From Candidatus Omnitrophota bacterium (GTDB lineage Bacteria; Omnitrophota; Gorgyraeia; 2-01-FULL-45-10), in contig JAQVUX010000002.1 of NCBI GenBank assembly GCA_028699255.1, positions 107,520-171,519 of the forward strand: a DNA stretch of 64,000 nt. The letters run 5' to 3'. The notes below the pieces were generated by a model, which saw only the letters and a program-made list of their open reading frames with translations, did no database searches and was not told the origin of the DNA. How positions within the stretch are numbered: position 1 is the first letter of the stretch; every line of letters starts with the position of its first letter. The translations under genes were made by a program, and so were the position numbers. Below are positions 1 through 9,599 of this stretch, piece after piece.

Positions 1-576
1 CTTCTCGACGGCGAAGGTAAAGTCATAACCGAAGTCTCCGAGATAACTCCTGAGATCGCCAGGCTCGGCGGGAAAAGCCATTGCGACCTGGGAACCGGCG
101 GCATGGCGACGAAGATCGAGGCCGCGCGAAGCGCGGTGCGCGCAGGCGTGGATTGCATGATAGCCAACGGTGCGGCCAAGGATGTTATTCGCAGGATCGT
201 CCGGGGCGACGCAGGTATCGGTACGGCCTTCAGGCACGGCGAGGGGAAGTTTTTAGCGCGGAAGCGGTGGATAGCGTTCTCATCGCGACCTAAGGGCGGC
301 ATACGCGTAGACGCCGGGGCAAAGGCGGCGCTCACTGAGAAAGACTCTTCACTGCTTGCCTCCGGGGTAACCTTGCTCGACGGACAGTTCCGTCGCGGCG
401 ATGTCGTACGCATCGAGGATGAGCTCGGGCGGGAAATAGCCAGAGGCGTTACGAACTATTCAGCCTTGGATCTTGCAAGGATAAAAGGCATGAAGACGAG
501 CAGTTTTAAAACCATACTTGGCGGCGGAAAGATGCCGGACGAAGTGGTGCATAAAGATAATCTGGTGATAACATGA
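1..576 (+). CDS. proB: Glutamate 5-kinase, C-terminal part with PUA domain (5' end outside window)
   Basis: Frame-1 translation from nt 1 gives ...GTGGMATKIEAA... and a PUA-like C-terminus; stop overlaps the proA start (ATGA). Confidence 0.85.
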   Translation, partial: LLDGEGKVITEVSEITPEIARLGGKSHCDLGTGGMATKIEAARSAVRAGVDCMIANGAAKDVIRRIVRGDAGIGTAFRHGEGKFLARKRWIAFSSRPKGGIRVDAGAKAALTEKDSSLLASGVTLLDGQFRRGDVVRIEDELGREIARGVTNYSALDLARIKGMKTSSFKTILGGGKMPDEVVHKDNLVIT

Positions 577-1826
577 ATATCAAAACGATAGAAATTCTTA
601 CGGCCAAAGCTAAAAAAGCGTCCCGCGAACTTGCGCTGGTCGATACCGACACGAAGAACAGGGCGCTTCTGGCGATGGCAGAAGCTCTTAGAAAGAACAC
701 TGGTCAAATAATCCGCGCAAATAAGAAGGACGTAACGCTTGCCGTAAAAAAGAGAATTCCGGAGGCGGTGATAGACCGTCTTACTCTGAACGAAAACAGG
801 ATATTCGCGATGGCCTCTTCGCTATCGCAGATCACGAAGCTTCAGGATCCTGTCGGAAAAGTTCTTGAAACGAGGCAGAGGCCTAACGGGTTATTGATAA
901 AAAAGGTCCGGGTGCCGATAGGCCTTATCCTTATAATATACGAATCGAGGCCTAATGTTACGAGTGATTGCGTTGGGCTGTGCCTGAAATCTTCCAATGC
1001 CGTTATACTGCGGGGCGGAAGTGAAGCGATAAATTCGAATCTGGCGATATTCAGCGTCTTGAACAAGGAAGCCAAAAAACATAATATTCCCGACGGCGCT
1101 ATCTCGATAATAAACGATACAGATAGGCGTATAATCGATGAGCTTCTGAAAAAAGAAGGCGTGATAGACCTTGTAATACCTCGCGGGGGAGAATCACTTA
1201 TAAGGGAAGTGTCTAAAAAGTCAAGAATACCCGTGATACGCCACTATAAAGGCGTGTGCCATACCTATGTCGATGCCGCCGCGGATTTGAAGATGGCCGG
1301 AGATGTATGTTTCAACGCGAAAGTGCAAAGGCCCGGTGTCTGTAACGCGATGGAGACATTGCTTGTAGACAGGCGGATAGCCAAAGTTTTTCTGCCGCCC
1401 ATGATCAGGCGTTATAAGAATGCGGGTGTCGAGATACGCGGGTGTAATAAGACGCGCGCGATAGTTTCAGGCATAGCGGCCGCCACGGAAAAAGACTGGT
1501 ATACGGAGTATCTGGGCCTTGTGCTTTCCGTAAAAGTGGTAAGCGGCGTAGACGAAGCGATAGCCCATATAATGAAATACGGTTCGTATCATTCCGACGC
1601 TATCGTTACCGAAAATAAAGCCGTTGCGGCAAAATTTTTAAAAGAGGTGGATTCGGCGTGTGTATATGTAAATGCTTCTACCAGGTTCACAGACGGCGGG
1701 GAGTTTGGGATGGGCGCCGAGATGGGGATATCTACAGATAAGTTACATGCGCGCGGGCCTATGGGCATAGAGGAACTAACGTCTTATAAGTATATTGTTT
1801 ACGGTAATGGGCAAGTCAGAAAATAA
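573..1826 (+). CDS. proA: Gamma-glutamyl phosphate reductase
   Basis: 417-aa ORF with ProA-like aldehyde dehydrogenase fold; translationally coupled to proB. Confidence 0.9.
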   Translation: MNIKTIEILTAKAKKASRELALVDTDTKNRALLAMAEALRKNTGQIIRANKKDVTLAVKKRIPEAVIDRLTLNENRIFAMASSLSQITKLQDPVGKVLETRQRPNGLLIKKVRVPIGLILIIYESRPNVTSDCVGLCLKSSNAVILRGGSEAINSNLAIFSVLNKEAKKHNIPDGAISIINDTDRRIIDELLKKEGVIDLVIPRGGESLIREVSKKSRIPVIRHYKGVCHTYVDAAADLKMAGDVCFNAKVQRPGVCNAMETLLVDRRIAKVFLPPMIRRYKNAGVEIRGCNKTRAIVSGIAAATEKDWYTEYLGLVLSVKVVSGVDEAIAHIMKYGSYHSDAIVTENKAVAAKFLKEVDSACVYVNASTRFTDGGEFGMGAEMGISTDKLHARGPMGIEELTSYKYIVYGNGQVRK

Positions 1827-1851
1827 TGAAAGTGCAAAAAGAGGTGTTGTG

Positions 1852-2421
1852 ATGAGAATAGGGATACTCGGCGGTACATTCAATCCGATACATATCGGCC
1901 ATTTAATACTGGCTGAAGAGGCCCTGTCCAAGCTGAAATTAGACAAAGTCTTGTTTGTGCCGACATATATACCTCCGCACAAAAACGTCGATCTATCGGT
2001 AAAACCTAAAGACCGGCTTAAGATGGTAGAGCTTGCCATAGCGGATAACAATGCGTTTGAGGTTTCGACGTTCGAGCTCGACTCGAAGAAAAAATCTTAT
2101 TCCATAGAGACATTAAAAGAATTCAGAAATATATACGGCACCGGCGCCCAGCTTTTTTTTATAACCGGATCTGACCTTCTCAAGGATCTCTTTTCCTGGA
2201 AGAACGTGAACGAGATATTTAAAATATCCAAGTTCATCGTGGCTAACCGGCCCGGATATCCGGTCAAGGACGTGCCTGAAGAGGTTGAGACCGTGGTCAT
2301 AACGCCTATAGAGGTCTCTTCGGAGGACATACGCCGCCGCCTCAAAGACGGCAGGTCGATAAGGTATCTGGTTCCGGAGAAGGTAAGGGCCTATATAATC
2401 AAGCGTGATCTTTATAAATGA
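1852..2421 (+). CDS. nadD: Nicotinate-nucleotide adenylyltransferase
   Basis: MRIGILGGTFNPIHIGHL (H/TxGH nucleotidyltransferase motif); RBS AAAGAGG 7 nt upstream of ATG 1852. Confidence 0.85.
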   Translation: MRIGILGGTFNPIHIGHLILAEEALSKLKLDKVLFVPTYIPPHKNVDLSVKPKDRLKMVELAIADNNAFEVSTFELDSKKKSYSIETLKEFRNIYGTGAQLFFITGSDLLKDLFSWKNVNEIFKISKFIVANRPGYPVKDVPEEVETVVITPIEVSSEDIRRRLKDGRSIRYLVPEKVRAYIIKRDLYK

Positions 2422-2428
2422 TGGGCTC

Positions 2429-2457
2429 TTGACCTTAAGGGCAATATAGTGTATAAT
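2429..2457 (+). promoter_or_regulatory. Near-consensus sigma70 promoter (TTGACC-17-TATAAT)
   Basis: -35 at 2429-2434, 17-nt spacer, -10 at 2452-2457; precedes small zinc-ribbon gene. Confidence 0.4.
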
Positions 2458-2483
2458 CTCATTTCATGAAGGGGGTGATATAA

Positions 2484-2627
2484 ATGGCAGAAATAGGATA
2501 TTGCGTAAAATGTAAAGCTAAGAAAGAGATGAAGGACACCCAGAAAGTCATCATGAAGAACAAGAGACAGGCCATGAAAGGCAAATGCACCACTTGTGGC
2601 ACTGGAATGTATAAGATAATGAAGTAA
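2484..2627 (+). CDS. Small zinc-ribbon protein (47 aa, two CxxC pairs)
   Basis: MAEIGYCVKCKAK...CTTCGTGMYKIMK; strong RBS GGGGGTGA; below the 60-aa ORF-track cutoff. Confidence 0.5.
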   Translation: MAEIGYCVKCKAKKEMKDTQKVIMKNKRQAMKGKCTTCGTGMYKIMK

Positions 2628-2666
2628 AAAAGAAGGAATGGGTCTATAAAAGCGAAGAATTTAGCG

Positions 2667-3089
2667 TTGGCTATAGCCGGCGCTGCCTCGGAAAAAAAGG
2701 CGCTCGACATTGTAATCATGAAGATGAGAAAGATGTCGAGCGTCTGTGACTATTTTGTCATAGCAAGCGGCACCTCTACTACTCATGTCAGGGCGCTATC
2801 CGATAATATAATCAGGACGCTTAAAGAGAAGGGCCAGCCTGTTCGCCATTCAGAAGGCGAGAGGGAGGCTTCCTGGATACTATTGGACTTTGGTGAGGCT
2901 GTATGCCACCTTTTCCTGAAAGAGACGAGGGCGTTCTATGACCTGGAAGGCTTATGGGTAAAGGCGCCGCGGGAAGATTTTAAAGAGCGCCGTCCCGGCA
3001 AGCCTTCGAAACGTGTTAAAAAGTTGAAGGTAAAGAAGCCGGGGGCTTTGAAGCGCCCCGCGGCAAAGAAAAAAAGAAGCAAAAGATAG
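2667..3089 (+). CDS. rsfS: Ribosome silencing factor RsfS (Iojap-like) with Lys-rich tail
   Basis: Aligns to RsfS core (DYFVIASGTSTTHVRAL...WILLDFGEAVCHLF); TTG start by elimination. Confidence 0.8.
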   Translation: MAIAGAASEKKALDIVIMKMRKMSSVCDYFVIASGTSTTHVRALSDNIIRTLKEKGQPVRHSEGEREASWILLDFGEAVCHLFLKETRAFYDLEGLWVKAPREDFKERRPGKPSKRVKKLKVKKPGALKRPAAKKKRSKR

Positions 3090-3100
3090 TATAAAAGACA

Positions 3101-4780
3101 ATGCAGTATGGCACAATCGAAAAAAATATCGCCGCTGTTATCGAAAGGTCTGTAAAAGAAGTATTTACGGATCTTGGTCTGCAATCCTCCATACCCTCGG
3201 ACTTCAAAGCAGAGCTGGACATACCTAAGGAAAAAAGCCACGGAGATCTCTCGAGCAATATAGCCATGCGCTCGGCTAAAATAGCCAGGAAAGCGCCTGT
3301 CGAACTGGCAACTCTTATAAAGGCGAAGCTTGACGCTTCGACCGATGAATTTTCAGGCATTGTGAGCAGTATTGAGGTAAAGGCCCCCGGTTTTATAAAT
3401 TTCTTCCTCGCAAAAGATTTCTTATGCAAAATACTCCTACAGATAAAAAGGGAAAAGGATAATTTTGGCCGTTCCGGAGTCGGCCGCGGCACAAAGCTAC
3501 AGGTGGAGTTCGTCAGCGCCAACCCGACGGGCCCGCTTACCATAGCGCATGGCAGGCAAGCGGCTATAGGCGACTCTTTAGCCAATATTCTCAAGTTCCT
3601 GGGATACAATGTAACCCGGGAGTATTATCTAAATGATGAAGGCACCCAGATGGACAATCTGGGTAAGTCCATAATGGCCCGATATAAGGAACTTTTCGGG
3701 TCCACTGAACCATTTCCCGCGGACGGATACAAAGGGGCGTATGTTTCAGATATAGCCAAGGCATTTAAGAAGAAACACGGTAAGAAGCACTTAGATAGCA
3801 AAGACATAACCATATTTCGTGAATTCGGGCTTCGATGGATACTCGACGATATTAAAAAAGACCTTAAGGATTTCGGCGTAAAATTCGATGTTTGGTACAG
3901 CCAGAAAGCTTTGAGGAAGTCCGGCAAGGTGGATAAAGCGATAGCTGTTCTGAAAGAAAAAGGCTATGTCTATGAACAGGACAACGCTGTATGGTTCAAA
4001 TCGACGCTCTTCGGCGACGACAAGGACAGGGTTCTTATTAAATCCGACGGAAGCAAGACGTATCTGGCGCCGGACATCGCTTACCATCTCGAAAAATACA
4101 GGAGAGGTTTTAAAAGGATAACGGATATCTGGGGGCCGGATCACCACGGCTACATCCCGCGCATGAGGGCGGCGATAAAAGCGCTGGGTTTTTCGGAAGA
4201 ATCGCTGACGGTATTGATCGTACAGCTCGCTACGCTTTATAAAGGCGGGCAGGTCGTTTCGATGTCGACGAGGGCAGGGGAGTTCGTTACTCTGCGCGAG
4301 GTCATGGACGAAGTCGGTAAGGACGTTGCCAGATTTGCGTTTCTCATGCGCCGCGTATCGAGCCACCTCGATTTCGACCTCGACCTGGTTAAAAAACAGT
4401 CATCGGAGAACCCCGTATATTACATCCAGTATGCCCACGCGAGGATATGGTCGATACTCGAATACAGCCATCGCGCGCATATAGTTACGGCAAAGTTCGA
4501 CTCACGTCTCCTGAAAGAGCCGGAGGAGCTCGAGCTTTTAAGAGCCTTGCGACAATTTCCCCTGCTTGTAAGTATAAGCGGTAAGGTGCAGGAGCCATAT
4601 GTTATATTGCAATACCTTCAGGATCTTGCCACGCTATTCCATTCCTTCTATAATAAGCACAGGGTCGTAGGCAGTGACGTATCGCTTACGAAATCGCGCC
4701 TGGTGCTGGTCGATTGTACCAGGATAGTCCTCGCGAACGGTTTGCGTCTTTTAGGTGTTTCTCTTCCCAAAAAGATGTAG
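3101..4780 (+). CDS. argS: Arginine--tRNA ligase
   Basis: 559-aa class I aaRS with Arg-tRNA synthetase N-domain and HIGH-like PTGPLTIAHGR. Confidence 0.9.
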   Translation: MQYGTIEKNIAAVIERSVKEVFTDLGLQSSIPSDFKAELDIPKEKSHGDLSSNIAMRSAKIARKAPVELATLIKAKLDASTDEFSGIVSSIEVKAPGFINFFLAKDFLCKILLQIKREKDNFGRSGVGRGTKLQVEFVSANPTGPLTIAHGRQAAIGDSLANILKFLGYNVTREYYLNDEGTQMDNLGKSIMARYKELFGSTEPFPADGYKGAYVSDIAKAFKKKHGKKHLDSKDITIFREFGLRWILDDIKKDLKDFGVKFDVWYSQKALRKSGKVDKAIAVLKEKGYVYEQDNAVWFKSTLFGDDKDRVLIKSDGSKTYLAPDIAYHLEKYRRGFKRITDIWGPDHHGYIPRMRAAIKALGFSEESLTVLIVQLATLYKGGQVVSMSTRAGEFVTLREVMDEVGKDVARFAFLMRRVSSHLDFDLDLVKKQSSENPVYYIQYAHARIWSILEYSHRAHIVTAKFDSRLLKEPEELELLRALRQFPLLVSISGKVQEPYVILQYLQDLATLFHSFYNKHRVVGSDVSLTKSRLVLVDCTRIVLANGLRLLGVSLPKKM

Positions 4781-4875
4781 AGAAGGCGGCGGCCGGGTCG
4801 AGAAGTTTTCGGCTCTCTACTGCTTCGGCTTCGTCCCGCAGTCGTTCGCTCGAACAGCAAACTAACCAATAGCCT

Positions 4876-6765
4876 ATGTTCGATTCCATAAAAATATACT
4901 TAAACGAAGACGTGGACGTTGAAGTTCTTGCGGCGAAGCTTGTCGAGTACGGTTACCGCGCCTGTAAACGCGTTGCCGAGGAGGGCGACTTCTCGCGTCT
5001 CGGCGATACTATTGCCATATACCCCGTTACGTTTGAATACCCTCTAAGGATAGAGCTCCTCCATGATCGCGTAGAAAAAATACGTTCGGTCGATCCTGTC
5101 ACATACGAGCCCGTGCAGGAACACGCAAGCGCCATAATACTTCCGATAAGCGGCATAGCGCGTAAGAAGATACGCCGCAAAGAACTCGGGTTCGTCGAAG
5201 AATCGCCGATAGATAATTTCGTCGATATAGAGCCGGGCGACTACGTCGTGCATATCGAACACGGTATAGGCAGGTATCTCGGGGTCGAAAAGATAAAGGT
5301 CGACAAAAAATATACGGAACATTTCGCGATAGAGTATTCCGGAGCCAACAAGCTTTATGTGCCGTTCGCCGACCTGGACAAACTGCACAAATACCTCGGG
5401 TTCGAGAAGCGCTTGCCGAAATTGAACAAGCTCGGCTCCGCGCTGTGGAAGAGCGCCAAGGAGCGCGCCAGGAAGGGCGTGCAAAAGGTCGCGCTCGAGC
5501 TACTCGAGCTCCAGGCAAAGCGCGCAGGCGCCGGAGGGTACAGCTTTCCGCCGGATACCGAATGGCAGGCCCAGTTGGAGAAAGCGTTCCCGTACAAAGA
5601 AACGCCGGATCAGGTAAAATCGTCCGCCGAGGTCAAGCGCGACATGGAGGCCCCTAAGCCGATGGATCGGCTTCTCTGCGGTGACGTGGGGTACGGCAAG
5701 ACGGAGGTGGCTATCCGCGCCGCGTTCAAGTCCGTCATGGCCGGCAAGCAGGTAGCCATCTTAGTGCCAACGACGATACTCGCCGAACAGCATTTCAACA
5801 CATTCACGACGCGCATGAAGAGTTTTCCCGTCAAGGTCGAGATGCTTTCGCGTTTTCGCACGGCTAAGGAGCAGGACGAAATAGTGAAAGGGATAGAGGG
5901 TGGATCGGTTGATATAATAATAGGCACCCATCGTCTCATATCGGGCGACATAAAATTTAAAGATCTCGGCCTTGTTATAATTGATGAGGAACAGCGTTTC
6001 GGGGTGCGTCACAAAGAACATTTGAAGAAGATGCGCGTCTCGGTCGATGTCCTTACACTTACCGCTACCCCGATACCCAGGACGCTTTACCTGGCGCTTA
6101 TGGGCGGCCGTGACATTTCTGTCATAAATACTCCGCCTTCCGAGCGCCTGCCGGTAGATACGAAGGTCGTGCATTACGACGAGCTCCTGATAAGGGACGC
6201 GATAATGAAAGAGAAACGCAGGGGAGGGCAGGTCTTCTTCGTCCACAACAGGATACGCGGCATAGACAGAGTGGCTCAGACGATCGCGAAACTGGTCCCG
6301 GACGTATCGATAGCCATAGGCCATGGCAGGATGAATGAAAAAGAGCTCGAGGCGACGATGATAAACTTCATCAAAGGCAAAGTCGACTGCCTTGTCTCGA
6401 CGACCATTATAGAATCCGGCATAGACATTCCGAACGCGAACACTATCATAATAAACCATGCAGACAAATTCGGGCTATCCGAGCTCTATCAACTGCGCGG
6501 CAGGGTCGGCCGTTTTACCCGGGCGGCATACGCGTATCTCCTGGTATCGAAGAATCTCGTCTTGAGCTCCGAGTCGCAGAAGCGTCTGGTCGCGATAAAG
6601 AAGTTCCAGGAGCTTGGTTCGGGCTTCAAGCTTGCGATGGAAGATCTGCAGATAAGAGGGGCGGGAAACCTGCTCGGTACCGAACAGCACGGTTTCATTA
6701 ACGCGGTCGGTTTCGATCTCTACTGCCGTCTTCTCAAATCCGCCATCGACAGCATGAAAAAATAG
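4876..6765 (+). CDS. mfd: Transcription-repair coupling factor, short form (RID + translocase; no D7)
   Basis: CarD_TRCF motif DIEPGDYVVHIEHGIGRYLG, Walker A GDVGYGKT, DEEQ, motif VI QLRGRVGR; ends ~87 aa after motif VI. Confidence 0.8.
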   Translation: MFDSIKIYLNEDVDVEVLAAKLVEYGYRACKRVAEEGDFSRLGDTIAIYPVTFEYPLRIELLHDRVEKIRSVDPVTYEPVQEHASAIILPISGIARKKIRRKELGFVEESPIDNFVDIEPGDYVVHIEHGIGRYLGVEKIKVDKKYTEHFAIEYSGANKLYVPFADLDKLHKYLGFEKRLPKLNKLGSALWKSAKERARKGVQKVALELLELQAKRAGAGGYSFPPDTEWQAQLEKAFPYKETPDQVKSSAEVKRDMEAPKPMDRLLCGDVGYGKTEVAIRAAFKSVMAGKQVAILVPTTILAEQHFNTFTTRMKSFPVKVEMLSRFRTAKEQDEIVKGIEGGSVDIIIGTHRLISGDIKFKDLGLVIIDEEQRFGVRHKEHLKKMRVSVDVLTLTATPIPRTLYLALMGGRDISVINTPPSERLPVDTKVVHYDELLIRDAIMKEKRRGGQVFFVHNRIRGIDRVAQTIAKLVPDVSIAIGHGRMNEKELEATMINFIKGKVDCLVSTTIIESGIDIPNANTIIINHADKFGLSELYQLRGRVGRFTRAAYAYLLVSKNLVLSSESQKRLVAIKKFQELGSGFKLAMEDLQIRGAGNLLGTEQHGFINAVGFDLYCRLLKSAIDSMKK

Positions 6766-6800
6766 TGTTGTGTTCGATACTTTATGATATAATTATTCCA

Positions 6801-7664
6801 ATGTTACGCCATAAATCTATAATAGTTCCTGTTGCCGTTATGGTACTGACCGTTTCCGGCTGTGCGAAGACGCAGGGCGCGGATGAAAAGGTGCTCGCGC
6901 GCGTAAGCAGTCATGTAATAACGGCGAAGGATCTTAAGTCAAAGATATCCAGGCTCCCTCCATACTACCAGAGTGTTGTCGCTAAAGACCCCAAACGATA
7001 TGTCGAAGAAATAATAGTCGAAATGCTGTGCTATGAAGAAGGCGTCCGCAAGGGGCTCGATCGGGATAAAGAGGTTAAAGAGCTCGTGAACGAGGCGAAG
7101 AAGAAGATAGTGACGGCGAAGCTCGTGAAGAATGAAGTGGAGGACAAGGTCGTCATCACCGAGGATGAGATAAAGAAATTTTACGACGAGAATAAAGAAA
7201 AATTCAAAACCCCCGAGATGTGGCGTGTGTCGCATATACTGGTACCTGACGAGGCCGCGGCAAAGAAGGCGTTGGACGATATAGCCGCCGGCGCGAAGTT
7301 CGAGGACATAGCCAGGGAGCGTTCGATAGACGCTACGGCGAGCCGCGGCGGCGATGTTGGTTTCTTCCGCTTAGGTCAGCTCGTGCCGGAATTTGAGAGC
7401 GCGTGCCTTAAACTTGAACCGGGTAAAACGAGCGGCATCGTCAAGACGCAATTTGGTTACCATATAATAAAGATGACGGGTAAGAAAGAATCCGGCGTCA
7501 TGACTTATCTCGATGCCAGGAAGGCCATAGAGGCGGAGTTGAAGAAGCAAAAACGCGCGGAACTTTTTGCCGCGCTCGTCCTTAAACTGAAGGACAAGTA
7601 CGGTGTCGAGGTTAACGAGTCCGCGTTCCCGAAAGAGGCGCAGGGTACGGCGCCTGCGAAATGA
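6801..7664 (+). CDS. Parvulin-type peptidyl-prolyl isomerase lipoprotein (PrsA/SurA-like)
   Basis: Signal peptide with lipobox (LTVSGC); parvulin domain (SHILV...GGDVGFF...FGYHIIK). Confidence 0.7.
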   Translation: MLRHKSIIVPVAVMVLTVSGCAKTQGADEKVLARVSSHVITAKDLKSKISRLPPYYQSVVAKDPKRYVEEIIVEMLCYEEGVRKGLDRDKEVKELVNEAKKKIVTAKLVKNEVEDKVVITEDEIKKFYDENKEKFKTPEMWRVSHILVPDEAAAKKALDDIAAGAKFEDIARERSIDATASRGGDVGFFRLGQLVPEFESACLKLEPGKTSGIVKTQFGYHIIKMTGKKESGVMTYLDARKAIEAELKKQKRAELFAALVLKLKDKYGVEVNESAFPKEAQGTAPAK

Positions 7665-8623
7665 CTATGAAAAAAATAATTCTTCAATCGACTATTGCGG
7701 TTTTTATGATCACAGCTTTACCGGTTCTTTCGCGCGGTGAGGTTGTTGACAAGGTTGCCATAGTGGTGAACGATGAGATAGTGACCGATCGGGAAATATC
7801 CCGGGCGTTGGCGCCGATCTACGAAAAATACAAGACGATGTTCAGCGGGCCGAAGCTTGTCGAGAAATTAGAAGAGGCTAAACAGAAGGTGGCGCAACAG
7901 ATGATCGAGGATAGGCTTCTTTACGCCGAAGCGAAGAAGCAGAATATCGAGATAGACGAGAAAGAAGTCGACGCTAAGGTGCAGGATATAATCAACGGGC
8001 TAGGGTCGCGGGAAAATTTCAATCAAGCTCTTCTACAGCAACAGTTGACGGTAAAGGATATAAAAGAGCGCTACAGACAGCAGTTCATGATACGCCGTTT
8101 AGTGGATCGTAAGATCGGGGCCGCGATAGTGGTTACTCCGGTCGACATCGATACATACTTTAACAAAAACACAGAAGATTTTATCCGGCCGGAACGGGTC
8201 AAGCTTAAAAATATACTGATAAGCCTTAGGAAATTTCCGGAGCCTACCAGGGCGCTGGCACAGGCGCGGGATATATCGAAACGCTTGCGCGAGGGGTGCG
8301 ATTTTGACGGATTGGCCAAGCTTTATTCCGACGGTCCGGGTGCTTCCGAAGGCGGCCTCATGGGACATGTAAAGCGCGGCGATCTTCTGCCTGAGATAGA
8401 GAAGGCGGTATTCGCTCTTAAGCCGGGCGAGGTCACGGGGGTAGTTCAGACGAGCCTTGGTTATCACATATTTAAAGTCGAGGATAAGGAGCCCCCGAGG
8501 ACACCGTCGTTGTCCGAAGTCAGGCGCGAAGTCGAAGCGGCGGCTTATAAATCAAAGGTGGACGCGAAGATAAGGGGTTGGCTTGAGAGCCTTAAGAAGA
8601 GCGCATATATCGCGTTCAAATAA
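7661..8623 (+). CDS. surA: SurA-like periplasmic chaperone / parvulin PPIase
   Basis: Signal peptide, SurA N-domain, parvulin domain (GGLMGHV...LGYHIFKV); upstream of pdxA-rsmA as in the E. coli surA-pdxA-ksgA operon. Confidence 0.7.
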   Translation: MTMKKIILQSTIAVFMITALPVLSRGEVVDKVAIVVNDEIVTDREISRALAPIYEKYKTMFSGPKLVEKLEEAKQKVAQQMIEDRLLYAEAKKQNIEIDEKEVDAKVQDIINGLGSRENFNQALLQQQLTVKDIKERYRQQFMIRRLVDRKIGAAIVVTPVDIDTYFNKNTEDFIRPERVKLKNILISLRKFPEPTRALAQARDISKRLREGCDFDGLAKLYSDGPGASEGGLMGHVKRGDLLPEIEKAVFALKPGEVTGVVQTSLGYHIFKVEDKEPPRTPSLSEVRREVEAAAYKSKVDAKIRGWLESLKKSAYIAFK

Positions 8624-9590
8624 AGCGCGGAGAAAGCCCCGTATCGTTATAACTATGGGCGACCCTTCCGGGGTCGGGCCGGAAGTTACATTGAAGGCAT
8701 TGGCAAATCCTGATGTAAAAGGGCTTGCCGATTTTTTTATTATAGGGGACCGTCGGGTATTGGCGGGAGCGTGCCGCCTCGCGCGCTGTAAGCCTTTTAT
8801 AAATATCGTGGATGTTTCCGAAGGACGCAGACAGAGATTTTCTTACGGCAGATTGACCGCCGAAGCCGGCCGGGCTTCGCTCCGGTATATAGATACCGCG
8901 CTCGAAATGATATCCGCAGGCGAAGCGGATGCTTTAGTTACCGCCCCGATAAATAAATCGTCGATAATAAGTTCCGGTATCCCGGAGTTTCAGGGGCATA
9001 CGGAATATCTGGCGGAGAGATTCGCCGTCAAGAAATTCGCTATGATGTTTGTAGGTAAAAAGCTTAAATTAACGCTCGTGACCCGTCATGTTCCCTTCCG
9101 CGATATCCCCCGTATACTGACGACCGAAAAAATATACGACGCTATAATATTGACATGCAAGGCGCTAAAGGAATATTTCCGGATCGCCTCTCCCCGGATA
9201 TGCGTATGCGGCCTCAACCCTCACGCCGGCGAGAACGGCGCCTTTGGAACCGAAGAAAAAAGAATTATCGCCCCGGCCATAAGAAAGGCCGCGCGCTCGG
9301 TGAAGAATATTGTAGGGCCGGTGAGCGCGGATATCGCTTTTTGCGAAGCGCTCGACGGGAAGCACGACGCGGTGATAGCGCTGTACCATGACCAGGGGCT
9401 GATACCGTTCAAGATGCTATATTTTTACAGCGGTGTGAATATGACACTCGGCCTGCCATTCGTCCGGACCTCGCCGGATCATGGAACCGCGTTCGACATA
9501 GCCGGTAAGGGTATCGCGAATCCGGAGTCTATGATCGAGGCTATACGGCTCGCGTGTAAACTTACAAAAAGACCGGGAAAAAATCAATAA
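8583..9590 (+). CDS. pdxA: 4-hydroxythreonine-4-phosphate dehydrogenase
   Basis: PRIVITMGDPSGVGPEV matches the PdxA N-terminus; the only in-frame start upstream of this motif is ATG 8583, overlapping surA by 41 nt. Confidence 0.8.
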   Translation: MRALRRAHISRSNKARRKPRIVITMGDPSGVGPEVTLKALANPDVKGLADFFIIGDRRVLAGACRLARCKPFINIVDVSEGRRQRFSYGRLTAEAGRASLRYIDTALEMISAGEADALVTAPINKSSIISSGIPEFQGHTEYLAERFAVKKFAMMFVGKKLKLTLVTRHVPFRDIPRILTTEKIYDAIILTCKALKEYFRIASPRICVCGLNPHAGENGAFGTEEKRIIAPAIRKAARSVKNIVGPVSADIAFCEALDGKHDAVIALYHDQGLIPFKMLYFYSGVNMTLGLPFVRTSPDHGTAFDIAGKGIANPESMIEAIRLACKLTKRPGKNQ

Positions 9591-9599
9591 TCAAACCTG

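Noticed and set aside
3016-3609. Minus-strand ORFs of 60-230 aa overlapping plus-strand genes (e.g. 3016-3609, 5761-6459, 17311-18000, 19033-19626, 33967-34509, 45042-45539, 58353-58928)
   Set aside because: Each lies entirely inside a well-supported + strand gene with clear homology. Translations are low-complexity or Arg/Ser-rich with no motifs, as expected for shadow ORFs in GC-rich coding DNA.
4781-4875. Possible tRNA or small RNA in the argS-mfd gap
   Set aside because: No T-loop (GTTCRANYC) or acceptor-stem complementarity. The 95-bp gap is GC-rich but shows no convincing cloverleaf or conserved sRNA motif. No tRNA-like sequence was seen in any other gap either.
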